A DNA stretch of 64,000 nt, taken from positions 1,568,001-1,632,000 of the forward strand of contig CAVUDP010000001.1 in the NCBI GenBank assembly GCA_963740315.1, in the 5' to 3' direction. A program made the position numbers and the translations under genes. This stretch comes from an uncultured cyanobacterium (GTDB lineage: Bacteria; Cyanobacteriota; Cyanobacteriia; Cyanobacteriales; Nostocaceae). Below the pieces are notes generated by a model, which searched no databases, was not told the origin of the DNA, and saw nothing but the letters and a program-made list of their open reading frames with translations. Positions 19,426 to 30,631 of this stretch are shown piece after piece (positions within the stretch are counted from its first letter, which is position 1; each line of letters starts with the position of its first letter).

Positions 19426-21720
19426 ATGAAAAATCCAATTACGACTAAAGTTTCCAAAAAACAGTTAACCTTAATTCCAGATATTTTATCTGAGGATAAC
19501 GAATTTGACGTTAAAGTAATTAATGGAAGTAAAAAATTTACTAGTTTTCAATTAGAACTTACTGCAAGGGGATTAGAAAACGAATCAAATTTGGACTGGT
19601 ACAAAGTAGAACCAGAAATATGTAGTAAAAATCCTCCCGGTAGTGAAACAGATTTTCATGTAGCAATCACTAAACCTCCTATTCCTGCTTATGATAGTAC
19701 GGTAGATTTGATATTAAGAACTTTCTCTATTGAAGATGAAAAACTATCTAGCAGCCAAAAAATTAAGTTGAAGGTTGAAAGTCCTCGAAAAAAAATAGAG
19801 GTTCAACTACCAGTTAAAAAATTCAGAGGTAAACCAGGAGCAACTATAGAAATTCCTGTTAGCATAACTAATATCAGTCCAAAATTTGTAGATATTAAAC
19901 TTGAGCTTTCGGGTTTAGAAGATTTTAATATAAAGAATAATAATTTCGATTTACAAATAAAACCATCTATCATACAGACAATTAATTTCTCTTGTCAAAT
20001 ACCCGAACAGTCTACAGAAACTAGTTATCCATTTAGAATTGAAGCTTTATCACTAAATAATGTTTGTCAATCGTATGACGAAGGGGATATAGAAATATTA
20101 CCTTATGGAATTATTGAATTTCAATGTAATAACTCCATACAAAGTATTCCCAATAAGGAAGGAAATCAAGCTAATATTGTTTGTTATGAATTAGAATTTA
20201 CAAATCATACTTATTCAAAAGAAAAAGTTAATCTAAGTCTTATTGGTAAAGATGTAAGCAAATGTCATTTTGAGCATTCTGATAGTATTTTATTACAACG
20301 AAATGGACATACATCAGATAATGATAAGCCGAAAATAGATATAAAAGTTAGAAAAGAAAGACTTTGGTTTGGTTGGAAGAGAAAATATAACTTTGCAATC
20401 TCACCTCACTTACAGTCTGGTAGTGAAGTAGAAATTAAACCAAAACTTGACAGTGAAATACTTAGATTAAACGTTTCACCCATAATTCCTTTCTTTCTTC
20501 AAGTTTTAGGATTACTATCAATTCCTTTATTAATCTTATGGCTAAACTATTTGAGAACTCCCTTTCATCATAAAGCACCCGTTACTTCAGTAGTTTTAAC
20601 TGATATTACGGGAACAGTCATTAGTGGTTCTAGTGACGGAACAATCCGACACTGGCAATTTAATCATAGTTTATGGAGAAGTCATAGTAACCTTACATAC
20701 CTGGAGAAATCTGATATTACAAAACCTATACGTGTAATTCGGTCTAAACCGGGAACTCACGATAGAGTTGCAGTCGGTTTAGAAAATGGAGAAATTGAAT
20801 TACGGGATTTGTCTTTAAAAGAAGATAAAGAAACATATCTCAAACCAGGAGAAGAAAACAATCGCGTATTTGACTTAGAATTTACAAATGATTCTCAAAC
20901 ATTAATTGCAGCTTATGGTAGCGGATTAATTAGAGTATGGAATTTAGATAAACCAGACAAAAATAATGTAAATACACTTCACGAAAAAATCGATGCCAAT
21001 TTTACGATTTCTACTTTAGGTATTAGTGAAAATAATGATTTACCTCTTGTAGTCGTTGGAGGAAGATATAATAGATTAGCCTTCTGGAATTGGAAAAAAA
21101 GTCAAAGTGAAAGTGAGAAAGTAGAGGAAAATAAAAATGAAAATGAAAGTAAAAGTAAAAAAATTATCTATCACTTACCATATAACACTTTAAATGAGGA
21201 TACTAAACCTAGATTTCCGCCAATTTCAGGAAAAGAAAGTTATATTACCAGCCTTATAATCGCTGATGGAAAAAACCTTTTGGTAACAGCAGATAATAAA
21301 GGTTTTATCAACTCATGGGATTTAAGAAAAGTCAGAGAATGTATAAAAAACCCAAATAATCAAAAGAATAAGCCAGATTCACAAATAGTCGAATTGGTTG
21401 ATTGTGTAGATGGAAAAACTATTCATAATAATCGAAGTGATAAATTTCCCAGCATTCGCTCAATTGCTATAACTAAGAATGAATCTTATCTTGCTAGTGC
21501 TGGGGATGATGGTTATGTCAGGATTTTTCAAATTAAGGATAAAGGTCAAGAAATTTCATGTTTTCATAAACAACAAATAGGTGCAAAGCTTAATACTGTT
21601 GATATCAAACTTAGAAAAAATGAAGGCGAACCTGAAGAGCTTTTAATAGTTACAGGAGATGATAAACGTAGAGTTAAACTATATCGTAAAAAGGTAGAAG
21701 AAAATGCAAACTGTAAGTAA
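19426..21720 (+). CDS. Ig-like repeats + single TM + WD40 beta-propeller protein
   Basis: TM at IIPFFLQVLGLLSIPLLILWL; WD40-type SGSSDGTIRHW, LASAGDDGYVRIF. ATG at 19426 preferred over TTG at 19354. Confidence 0.75.
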   Translation: MKNPITTKVSKKQLTLIPDILSEDNEFDVKVINGSKKFTSFQLELTARGLENESNLDWYKVEPEICSKNPPGSETDFHVAITKPPIPAYDSTVDLILRTFSIEDEKLSSSQKIKLKVESPRKKIEVQLPVKKFRGKPGATIEIPVSITNISPKFVDIKLELSGLEDFNIKNNNFDLQIKPSIIQTINFSCQIPEQSTETSYPFRIEALSLNNVCQSYDEGDIEILPYGIIEFQCNNSIQSIPNKEGNQANIVCYELEFTNHTYSKEKVNLSLIGKDVSKCHFEHSDSILLQRNGHTSDNDKPKIDIKVRKERLWFGWKRKYNFAISPHLQSGSEVEIKPKLDSEILRLNVSPIIPFFLQVLGLLSIPLLILWLNYLRTPFHHKAPVTSVVLTDITGTVISGSSDGTIRHWQFNHSLWRSHSNLTYLEKSDITKPIRVIRSKPGTHDRVAVGLENGEIELRDLSLKEDKETYLKPGEENNRVFDLEFTNDSQTLIAAYGSGLIRVWNLDKPDKNNVNTLHEKIDANFTISTLGISENNDLPLVVVGGRYNRLAFWNWKKSQSESEKVEENKNENESKSKKIIYHLPYNTLNEDTKPRFPPISGKESYITSLIIADGKNLLVTADNKGFINSWDLRKVRECIKNPNNQKNKPDSQIVELVDCVDGKTIHNNRSDKFPSIRSIAITKNESYLASAGDDGYVRIFQIKDKGQEISCFHKQQIGAKLNTVDIKLRKNEGEPEELLIVTGDDKRRVKLYRKKVEENANCK

Positions 21721-24700
21721 TCCTATTGCTGTAACAATACCTCCTAAGAATGATAATTCAGTAAATCCAGGGAATATTATAAGCAATTGTATTGAGATAA
21801 AAAATAACAATCCCTTTGAAATAAAAGTAGATATATGGCTTGTCGCTGTAGATGAAAAGTCTCAGCCATTACTTTACTGGTGCGAATTTGAAAAAAGCAA
21901 TGAAAGAAATAAACGCTTACAGTTTCCTTTAATTTTAAGTGCAAAAGCAAGTTGTGATATTGACTTAAATTTTCGAGTACCCCCACAAGCTCAACCTGGT
22001 TTATATAAATATGAAATATTAATTGATTACTCAGATAAACCTCCTATCCGTCGTCCTCAACAATTGCGGGTTTTACGTTCGGATATAACATCTCAACAGA
22101 AAACTAAGCCAGAATTTTCTTTAGAACCATCAACTAATTCCAGCGAACCATTATTATTAAAAGCTGGAGAAAGAAGAGAAATCAAAGTTAAGGTAGAAAA
22201 TAAATCAAGACGGGTAGATACTTTCTATTTAACTTGTCCCGATTTGGATCAAGAATGGTTCACACTCAGTTATCCCGAAAGTCCATTTATACGCCCCGGT
22301 TTAGTTAGAGAAACAGATGGATTAGACCTTAATCCTCGTCAGTCAGGTGAATGTACCTTAATTTTACATCCTCCAAAATACCAACAGGCGGGAAGTTATT
22401 ATCCAACAGTAAAGTTAATTTCTCAGAATAACGAAAGTTTAGTACTTTTGGATGTGGTATATCTGAAAATTTTACCAAATCCAAGTTTGTCTGTTGATAT
22501 GAATCCTCAGTCACTCAAAATCTCTGGTAAATCAAAATATTTTCACGTACAAGTAAGTAATGAAGGTAATTTTGATAGAGAAGTTAAATTTACTGTCGAT
22601 AATAGAGATGATATCTTTAACTACACTTTTGACTACAATCCAATTCAATTATCACCAGCAGAAGATACTGAATTATTTTTAAAAGTAAAACCGAAAAGAT
22701 GGAAATGGTGGTTGCGATGTTTTAAAGCTAGACAACAAGAAATAAATTTTGATTTAAAGTTAGAAAATGATGAATTTCTTCCACCGGAAGAAGTATTAGC
22801 TCAAGGTACTTTGATTTGGGTATCTCGTCCTTGGAAGCTATTTTGGTTTTTGATTGCTTTAGGAATTTTATCGCTTGGGGGAGTCGGATTTTTGCTTTGG
22901 AATAAATATCTTAAATATCATCTACCACCGTCCCCTTATGTAACCAATTTAAGTACTACAAATAAGAGTAATAGCTATCAAAAAGGTGAAGCTGTACTTC
23001 TTAACTGGGATATTAATCATTTTGATAAAGTAAAGAAAGTTGTATTTGTTACTTTACATAATAATGTCGAAATTGAGAGAAAAAAGCATATTATTACGCA
23101 TAAAAATAGTTTTCTGAAAATTATACAAAAAACTATCAATGAGGAAAATAATGGATTGATAAAAAGTGGTTTAAAGAATAGTAATTTAGTACCGACTGAA
23201 ACAAAATGTGATTTTCTAATAAACAATACAAATGTATTAGCTTGTGAAACTTTAAGTCATTTTTTTGATAAATCTGGCAAATATGTTTTTAAAGTAGAAG
23301 TTTTTACTAGTGAAAACAGTACAAAACCAGTAGATGTCGAACAAAAAACTATAACCGTTTATCCACATCCAATTCCAAGAATATCGTCCTTAGTTACAGA
23401 TAAACCAAATTATCAAGCATCTAAAGATTCAGAACAACCTCCAGTAACTTTAAAATGGGATATGAGTAATGCTAATCAAGTTAAAGAATTAAATTTGATA
23501 GCTTTAAAACCTGATAATTCTGTACATTTTCAAAAAAATTACAATTTTACAGAAGCTTTTGATACCAAAAAAAATGATTATTTTGACATTAAACCGAAAT
23601 CTAACGACACAGTATTCAATGATTCCGAACAGGAATTTGAAAAAATTATTGAGTGTGAGAAAAAGGATGCTAAAAATTCAGAAAAAACAGAAAAATTAAT
23701 TTGTAATCTAACATTCCCACAAGGTTTAGAACCTGGTGATTACATTTTTAAACTAGGTGTAGTTCCGAAAAATAAAATAGAAAATCAGAAATTAGAATTC
23801 GCAAAAACACCAGTAATCAAGGTTTTACCAATTCCTCCAACTCCACCTCCTGCTCCTATCCCTAATCCACAAATTCTCAATTTTTCTCCAAGCGCAACCG
23901 CTTATCGAGAAGTTAGTTCAAATAAATCTCAAAATAATAAATATCAGCCAAAATCTAATTCTGAGAAAATTTTACCTCCTCCAATTCGCTTAAATTGGAG
24001 CATCGTTAATACTCAAAAAATTAAGCAGATAAAAATTATTTCTTTAGATGCGAATGGCACTTTAACCGGAGAAACTAAGTATAATTTAAACCAAGGTGTT
24101 CCGAGTGAATGCGAACTCGAAGGAAAAAACCTAAGCTGTACTGGTATTCCGACTAATGCTAGAAAAGCTGGTAGTTATCAATTCAATTTAGTAGTAATTT
24201 ATAAGGATAAAGAAACATATAGCGAAATTATTAAGAGTACTCCTAATATTAAAATTCAACCTCCTCCAACAACAGCACCGGAACCTCCAAAACCTCCGAC
24301 ACCTGTTGAAATTGCTTATTTCAAAGTGAATGGGAAAGATGCTAGTCAAAATCCCAAGCAAATTATCGAAGTTCATAGAGAAATTGAACCACCAAATATT
24401 ATATTGTCGTGGAAAGTTAAAGAAGGAGAAGATATCGAGGTGGAATTACTTCCTTCACCGGGTTTAGTTCCTACTAAAAAAAATAGCTTATCTATTCCTA
24501 TCTCAAAATCATCTGGTAGCGAAACTATCACTTTGAAAGCCAAAAATAAGCAAACTGGGGAGGAAAAAATTCAATCGGTTGTAATTCAAACTGTAGATAT
24601 AACTCCACCAAAGCAAGTCCAACCATTACCATTACCTCAATCACAACAGGGTTTTCCAGATATTTCTAATCCTGGAGCATCTGAAAATAATTCTGGGAAT

Positions 24701-24799
24701 AGTTCTGAAAATAACAACCCAACTCAACAACCATCTAACTCAAATGAACTTCCACCTATTGAGTTACCACCACAACCTGATTCTAGCAGTAGAGACTAA
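21704..24799 (+). CDS. Large Ig-like/beta-sandwich single-TM protein with Pro-rich linkers
   Basis: TM LFWFLIALGILSLGGVGFLLW; repeated L.W...N...I..I units; overlaps both neighbours. Confidence 0.72.
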   Translation: MQTVSNPIAVTIPPKNDNSVNPGNIISNCIEIKNNNPFEIKVDIWLVAVDEKSQPLLYWCEFEKSNERNKRLQFPLILSAKASCDIDLNFRVPPQAQPGLYKYEILIDYSDKPPIRRPQQLRVLRSDITSQQKTKPEFSLEPSTNSSEPLLLKAGERREIKVKVENKSRRVDTFYLTCPDLDQEWFTLSYPESPFIRPGLVRETDGLDLNPRQSGECTLILHPPKYQQAGSYYPTVKLISQNNESLVLLDVVYLKILPNPSLSVDMNPQSLKISGKSKYFHVQVSNEGNFDREVKFTVDNRDDIFNYTFDYNPIQLSPAEDTELFLKVKPKRWKWWLRCFKARQQEINFDLKLENDEFLPPEEVLAQGTLIWVSRPWKLFWFLIALGILSLGGVGFLLWNKYLKYHLPPSPYVTNLSTTNKSNSYQKGEAVLLNWDINHFDKVKKVVFVTLHNNVEIERKKHIITHKNSFLKIIQKTINEENNGLIKSGLKNSNLVPTETKCDFLINNTNVLACETLSHFFDKSGKYVFKVEVFTSENSTKPVDVEQKTITVYPHPIPRISSLVTDKPNYQASKDSEQPPVTLKWDMSNANQVKELNLIALKPDNSVHFQKNYNFTEAFDTKKNDYFDIKPKSNDTVFNDSEQEFEKIIECEKKDAKNSEKTEKLICNLTFPQGLEPGDYIFKLGVVPKNKIENQKLEFAKTPVIKVLPIPPTPPPAPIPNPQILNFSPSATAYREVSSNKSQNNKYQPKSNSEKILPPPIRLNWSIVNTQKIKQIKIISLDANGTLTGETKYNLNQGVPSECELEGKNLSCTGIPTNARKAGSYQFNLVVIYKDKETYSEIIKSTPNIKIQPPPTTAPEPPKPPTPVEIAYFKVNGKDASQNPKQIIEVHREIEPPNIILSWKVKEGEDIEVELLPSPGLVPTKKNSLSIPISKSSGSETITLKAKNKQTGEEKIQSVVIQTVDITPPKQVQPLPLPQSQQGFPDISNPGASENNSGNSSENNNPTQQPSNSNELPPIELPPQPDSSSRD

Positions 24800-26766
24800 T
24801 GGATAACTGGCAAAGTCTTAATTACCAATATCTAATAAATGCGATCGCAATTGTCGGTGAAGCGCTTTTTTGTCGAGCTAGGGAGGCACAGAATCAGTCA
24901 ATAGAGGTATTATCAGATGTACGGGAGGAATTTCAAGTTGAGCAAATCTCAATGTCTTTACCTTCTAATTTAGAAAACATCTGCACTACTTTTAATCTTG
25001 GTGATTTCGAGCGAGATTTACTGTTATTATGTGCGGGGATGGAATTAAATCCCGCTTGGACATCTTGTTGTGCTGCTGCTCAAAATAATCCTAAGCTGGA
25101 TTATCCGACTTTTAATTTGGCTCTTTCCATTTTGAAAAATCCTGATTGGAATGCTCTGAATCCTGCTGCTCCCTTACGTCGTTGGGGTTTAATAGAAGTT
25201 GGTAATGCCAATATCCTTACTATCGCTCCCCTGCGAATCAACGAACGAATTTTGCATTATCTCATGGGTATTTCTCATTTAGATGAGGAGTTATTGGATA
25301 TGCTCGAAACAGTAGATTCTGTTGATTTTTTGGTCGATTCTCATCAACTTTTAGCAGAGCAAATTAGTCAAATATGGTCGCAGAATAAGCATCATGATTT
25401 ACTCATAATCTCAATGGTACAGCTATGTGGGGGTGAGATTGCAAGTAAAAGGAGTATTGCAGCAGCGGCTTGCGCTCAATTAGGATTTAATTTATATATC
25501 ATCGATACAAGTACTCTTCCTTCTACTACAGATGATATTCATAAATTGATACGTTTGTGGAAGCGGGAATACTTACTTAATAAATCCGTTCTTTTTCTGG
25601 AATGCAATACAAATAATAATGATGCAAACAAAGAAAATGCGATCAATTTGTTAATTCAAAAAATCACCAGTCCTCTGATTGTTTCCACTGATGAAAGAAG
25701 AGTTATTTTACACCGTCGAACAGTAACTTTTGATGTTGATAAACCCACTCCTAGAGAACAGCGACATATTTGGAATCAAGCTTTAAATGAAAAAGCATTC
25801 GGGCTTTATGGGTTTGTAGATACTTTAGTTTCGCAGTTTAATCTCAGCAGCAATGCCATCGAATCTGTCAGTGTTAGCACTATAGAGGCTGACTCAAAAA
25901 ATACTAGCATACAAAATCAATTATGGAATAGCTGTCGCGTTCAAGCTCGTCCCCAATTAGATGATTTAGCCCAACGTATTGCATCACCAACAAATTGGGA
26001 TGACTTGGTTTTACCAATACCTCAACGTCAAATTCTCCAAGAAATAATTAGTCAGGTACGTCAAAGAGCAAAAGTTTACGAAAATTGGGGATTTAGTAGC
26101 AAAGGTAGTAACGGACTCGGAGTTACTGCATTATTCGCAGGTTCTAGCGGTACCGGGAAAACTATGGCTGCATCGGTATTAGCAAAGGAATTGAATCTGG
26201 ATCTTTACCGCATTGATTTAAGTTCGGTTGTGAGCAAATATATCGGTGAAACTGAAAAAAATCTACGTCGTGTATTTGACGCAGCAGAAGCAGGTGGAGT
26301 GATTCTTTTATTCGATGAAGCAGATGCTTTATTTGGTAAACGCAGTGATGTTAAAGACAGTCGCGATCGCTATGCAAATATGGAGGTAAGTTACTTATTG
26401 CAGCGTATGGAAGCATACCGGGGTTTAGCCATTCTTACCAGTAATTTGAAAGACTCAATTGATACAGCTTTTATGCGCCGGATTCGATTTATAGTTAAAT
26501 TTCCATTCCCCGATGCAAGTCAGCGGGCAGAAATTTGGCAGCGAATTTTTCCCACAGACACACCATTGAAAGAATTGAATATAAAAAAATTGGCAAAATT
26601 AAATGTAGCAGGAGGTAATATCCGTAACATCGCTTTGAATGCAGCTTTCTTAGCAGCAGACGAAGAACAACCTGTAATGATGAAACATCTTTTACAAGCA
26701 GCCGAAAGTGAATATATCAAATTGGAAAGGACTTTGACAGATGTAGAGAAACAAGGATGGGTTTAA
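24799..26766 (+). CDS. CIS AAA+ ATPase (Afp15-like)
   Basis: GSSGTGKT, VVSKYIGETEKNL, LLFDEADALFGKR, DRYAN.EVSYLLQRME. Confidence 0.93.
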   Translation: MDNWQSLNYQYLINAIAIVGEALFCRAREAQNQSIEVLSDVREEFQVEQISMSLPSNLENICTTFNLGDFERDLLLLCAGMELNPAWTSCCAAAQNNPKLDYPTFNLALSILKNPDWNALNPAAPLRRWGLIEVGNANILTIAPLRINERILHYLMGISHLDEELLDMLETVDSVDFLVDSHQLLAEQISQIWSQNKHHDLLIISMVQLCGGEIASKRSIAAAACAQLGFNLYIIDTSTLPSTTDDIHKLIRLWKREYLLNKSVLFLECNTNNNDANKENAINLLIQKITSPLIVSTDERRVILHRRTVTFDVDKPTPREQRHIWNQALNEKAFGLYGFVDTLVSQFNLSSNAIESVSVSTIEADSKNTSIQNQLWNSCRVQARPQLDDLAQRIASPTNWDDLVLPIPQRQILQEIISQVRQRAKVYENWGFSSKGSNGLGVTALFAGSSGTGKTMAASVLAKELNLDLYRIDLSSVVSKYIGETEKNLRRVFDAAEAGGVILLFDEADALFGKRSDVKDSRDRYANMEVSYLLQRMEAYRGLAILTSNLKDSIDTAFMRRIRFIVKFPFPDASQRAEIWQRIFPTDTPLKELNIKKLAKLNVAGGNIRNIALNAAFLAADEEQPVMMKHLLQAAESEYIKLERTLTDVEKQGWV

Positions 26767-26782
26767 AAAGTACTTCCTCCGA

Positions 26783-28153
26783 TTATCCCACAACCACCAC
26801 CGGACTAACATACTTCCCTTGCTCATCCACACCTAATAAACTTTCTGCACCATCTATCTGTATCCGTAATAAATACTCTCCCTGCTTGACATCACGAACC
26901 GAAAATATTACCCGTTCGGTATCTTGATTGCGAGAATTAGCTGCAAAGATATATGCTGCTGGACTAGAAATAGAACATTCGTTTAAAAACAGCAACACCT
27001 TCTGTCCCATACCAACTATCAAATCGACTTCGACTTTTACCCGTGCTGAATAAAATCCATTCTCGTTATCTTCTATATCTTCTAGTTCCACGTTTTCAAT
27101 TGTTGGACATAATACAAACGGTACGGTGTTAGAACCAATTACCCTAGTTGGTTCTGATGCAAAGCGTTTGGGTAAGAGGGGATAAATTATTTGTAAGCTT
27201 TGTATAGCTGCTCGTAATAAGTTTTTTTCTTCTATAGATAAGGATGCTAAGTCTAACCGAATTTCATTTTCAGTTACCTTTTGTGGAGTTAATTTAGCTT
27301 CTCCAATCTTGATCTCGGGTTTACTTCGAGACAATGGCTGATTACTCGCTTTATCTCTGATTTCTGAATCTTGACTATTTAATTTATTAGCTAATTCTCT
27401 TAACTGTTTGTCACTTAACTCGGCATTTAAATTTTGACCGTTAATTATAATATGACTATCCGATTCAAAATTACCACTAGGAACATTTTTTTGATTATTA
27501 CTATCTTCTAAAACCACCTGAGAAATTATTGGTTGATTAGGTTGAAAATAAAATTCTCTTGCTCTAACAGGTAGTAGTCTTTTACCGCTTTTCTTACCTT
27601 CAATTAATACAGCGCTAGCCTGCCAAGCAAAAGATAGAATATATGGAGTTTGGAAGAATACCGACCAAATTTTGGAAAGTTCTTCTGTATTCATGTTGCT
27701 AGGAATAATTGTTACCCGTTCTACTTGTTCTGCTAAGTTAGAATTTCTCAGGTAGCTGCTGTATCTAGAGCTATTTATAGTTTCTTGAATCATCTGGGAA
27801 GTTAATATTGGCCGATCGACTAATGCTCTAAGGGTACTTCCTAAAAGACGTTGAGGTTCTAATTCCGATTCATTTCCATAAAAGGTCATTAAGTAATATA
27901 AATTCAATCCAGCTTGGGCTTGTTTGATTAATTCTCCTTTAGGGCGACGCGTCCTCAAATCCGCATTTTTCCAAGCTGGATTAGGTGTCGCTTGATACAT
28001 GTATACGTTAACTCTCGGCTGTGTTGCGCCACTATCGGAATTATCGGGTCTAGCAGTCGTAACTATTGTACCGTCAACATCTTCCTGTATTGATGCTTGG
28101 ACAATTCTTTGAATCGTTGCCGTTACGGTAGCGATCGCCAAATGGTTACTCAT
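26783..28153 (-). CDS. DUF4255 / Afp16-like tail terminator (cap) protein with C-terminal Ig-like domains
   Basis: MSNHLAIATVTATI, RVNVYMYQ..PNPAWKN.DL, EELSKIWS.F. ATG at 28153 preferred. Confidence 0.88.
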   Translation of the reverse strand: MSNHLAIATVTATIQRIVQASIQEDVDGTIVTTARPDNSDSGATQPRVNVYMYQATPNPAWKNADLRTRRPKGELIKQAQAGLNLYYLMTFYGNESELEPQRLLGSTLRALVDRPILTSQMIQETINSSRYSSYLRNSNLAEQVERVTIIPSNMNTEELSKIWSVFFQTPYILSFAWQASAVLIEGKKSGKRLLPVRAREFYFQPNQPIISQVVLEDSNNQKNVPSGNFESDSHIIINGQNLNAELSDKQLRELANKLNSQDSEIRDKASNQPLSRSKPEIKIGEAKLTPQKVTENEIRLDLASLSIEEKNLLRAAIQSLQIIYPLLPKRFASEPTRVIGSNTVPFVLCPTIENVELEDIEDNENGFYSARVKVEVDLIVGMGQKVLLFLNECSISSPAAYIFAANSRNQDTERVIFSVRDVKQGEYLLRIQIDGAESLLGVDEQGKYVSPVVVVG

Positions 28154-28794
28154 ATTTCTTTTATACCTATTGTCTTGAGTCAAAATGTAAACAATAAATC
28201 GCGATATTTTTATAGATAAACTTTTAACAAATAAAAATATATAGCAATATTCTCATTAAAATAAATGATTATATTGCGATTTCGTCAATCAGTTACAACA
28301 GATTTTATATAACCTTTCCTTAACTAAGTCATTGCTATTTCCTGCGAAAAATGGTTATAAATACTCGGAGATAAAATAGGATAAACGCTTGTGCTTGACA
28401 AGATTCGATTGAATATAACTTAAATTATTTTGCCAGATTAAAATAATAATAACAATTAGTGTATTCTAAGGCATTGTCTAAAAAAAATCTTTAGATTTGA
28501 CAGAAATTAAAGCAATACTTTGGCTGTGATTAATATAGCATCTGTTTACAGAATATTTGGCAACGGTTGTAAACTCAAAAGTAATTATTTATCTGACAAC
28601 TGTTCAAATAAAAGTTAACAAAGTTTACATTTATTTTAGAACTAGCTGCGCGATTATAGTGGTATACTTTTTTCACGATAAAAATCATCCTCATAGTTTT
28701 GGTTGCGTAATATAGTGAAACTTTTGGATGTATGAGATTTCCTGATTATTTATCTATTACGAATTGATTAGCCACAGAAAGGAATATTGAGAAT

Positions 28795-30489
28795 ATGCCC
28801 AGATTAGATTATTTTGCCCCTGGTGTATATGTAGAAGAAATAGACCGGGGTAGTCGTCCCATAGAAGGTGTACAGACTAATATTGCTGGCTTTATTGGTT
28901 TCACTGAAGCAATCCGAAGTGGGGCTGAAGTTGGTAAACCGATGTTGGTAACAAGCTGGAGCCAATATATGGAATACTTCGGTAAAGAAGGTTCCGATGG
29001 CTTTACCGAGTTCGGTGCTTATTTACCGTTTGCTGTTAATGGTTGGTTTTTGAATGGTGGTGGTCGTTGTTGGATAGTCAGCATCGGTACGGAAATTCCC
29101 AAACCGAAAGCAGAACAACAGCAACCAGAACCAAGTTCGAGCGCTATTGCTATTAGCATGAAAAGTAAGCGCGAGTCTTTGCGGTTTTACCTCAAAGAGG
29201 AGGAAGTAGAAAATGGTTCGGTCGATGTAGAAATCCGTCCCAGTCAACCATTAGCAGTTCCTGAAGATTCCGACGAACCCGCACCAGTTCCAGCCGAGTT
29301 TTTCAGTGTCATTGTCAGACGTGGTGGAGAAAAGCTGGAAGAATATCACAACTTAACAATGGATTCCCAGGTTCAACCAGAAGTTGGAACCTATGTAGAA
29401 ACACAACTGCAACAGTCTGAATATTTGCAAATTGAAATTGGAGAACAAAAAGGACTTCCTCTGACACGTCGTCCTTTAGATGGAATGTATGAAGTCAGTC
29501 CCCCTCCAATTTTGCCTTATCGAGAGAATTTACAGCGACATGTACAGGGTGTTCGCGATAAAGGTACTGGTATTCAGGGACTCTATGAAATCGATGAAAT
29601 TACCATGATTGCTTGTCCCGACCTGATGAGGGTTTATGAGGAAGGCATATTAAATGATGACCAACTGCATGGCATCATGGGTTTAATGGTAGACTTGTGC
29701 GAAAATAGCGCTCCTAACCCACCCAACCGGATGGTAGTTTTAGATACACCACCACCCAGAATTGATAAGAGTAAACTCGGAAATGAGGACAAAAAACCTG
29801 TCAAAAAACCCCAGCACGTTGCGGAATGGTTGGATGACTTTGGTCGTCGTTCGATGTTCGCAGCTCTTTACTATCCTTGGGTGAAAGTAGCCAATCCCAA
29901 AGATGAAGGGAAACCAATTATGGTTCCTCCTTGCGGTCATATGTTAGGGGTTTGGTCGCGTACTGATGAGACTCGTGGAGTATATAAAGCACCAGCCAAC
30001 GAAACACCCAGAGGAATAATTGGTTTAGATTATGACTGCAACTTCCGCGAACAGGAATTGCTCAACCCCAAAGGAATTAACTGTATTCGCACCTTCCCCA
30101 ATCGAGGAATAAAAATCTGGGGTGCGCGTACTTTAGCCGAAACAGAGAAAACAGAATGGCGTTATATCAACGTCCGACGTTTAATTAGCTACATCGAAAA
30201 ATCCATTGAACAAGGTACTCAGTGGGTTGTATTTGAACCCAACGACCAAGACTTATGGGCAAGGGTTAGACGTACCGTAAGTAACTTCTTAGAGCGTTTG
30301 TGGCGAGAAGGTGCGCTATTTGGTAGCACTCCCGAAGAAGCTTTTTACGTCAAGTGCGACGAAAGTATTAATACCGAAGAAACAATGATACTTGGACGCT
30401 TGTTTGTAGAAGTTGGGATACGTCCGGTACGTCCTGCGGAATTTGTTGTCTTCCGTATTAGTCAGTGGAATGGTCCGAGTGCGGAATAG
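28795..30489 (+). CDS. Contractile tail sheath protein
   Basis: APGVYVEE, AALYYPW, GVYKAPANE, QELLNPKGINCIR, IWGARTL, WRYINVRR, WVVFEPN, RPAEFVVFRI. Confidence 0.97.
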   Translation: MPRLDYFAPGVYVEEIDRGSRPIEGVQTNIAGFIGFTEAIRSGAEVGKPMLVTSWSQYMEYFGKEGSDGFTEFGAYLPFAVNGWFLNGGGRCWIVSIGTEIPKPKAEQQQPEPSSSAIAISMKSKRESLRFYLKEEEVENGSVDVEIRPSQPLAVPEDSDEPAPVPAEFFSVIVRRGGEKLEEYHNLTMDSQVQPEVGTYVETQLQQSEYLQIEIGEQKGLPLTRRPLDGMYEVSPPPILPYRENLQRHVQGVRDKGTGIQGLYEIDEITMIACPDLMRVYEEGILNDDQLHGIMGLMVDLCENSAPNPPNRMVVLDTPPPRIDKSKLGNEDKKPVKKPQHVAEWLDDFGRRSMFAALYYPWVKVANPKDEGKPIMVPPCGHMLGVWSRTDETRGVYKAPANETPRGIIGLDYDCNFREQELLNPKGINCIRTFPNRGIKIWGARTLAETEKTEWRYINVRRLISYIEKSIEQGTQWVVFEPNDQDLWARVRRTVSNFLERLWREGALFGSTPEEAFYVKCDESINTEETMILGRLFVEVGIRPVRPAEFVVFRISQWNGPSAE

Positions 30490-30497
30490 ATAGCTCC

Positions 30498-30554
30498 GGG
30501 TTCGTAGTAAGAAGCTCTAGCTCTGGAAGGATTAAAGTTCTTGCTACAAACCGG
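30498..30554. repeat. REP-like imperfect hairpin after the sheath gene
   Basis: GGTTCGTAGTAAGAA...TTCTTGCTACAAACC arms; related to AGGACTAAAGTCCTTACTAC at about 56764-56783. Confidence 0.5.
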
Positions 30555-30631
30555 AATCAGAATTAATCCGGTCGATTGATAGATTAAACAAATTAAGTCG
30601 CTTTCATTAAACTACCAAGGAGTTGAATAAT

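Noticed and set aside
17493..28631. Shared AAAGTTTACAT (17501-17511 and 28620-28630), each preceded by GTTAA, as a CIS regulator site
   Set aside because: An 11-mer match between two 600-750-bp very AT-rich regions is plausible by chance, and spacing does not fit the RpaB HLR1 repeat; needs cross-species footprinting.
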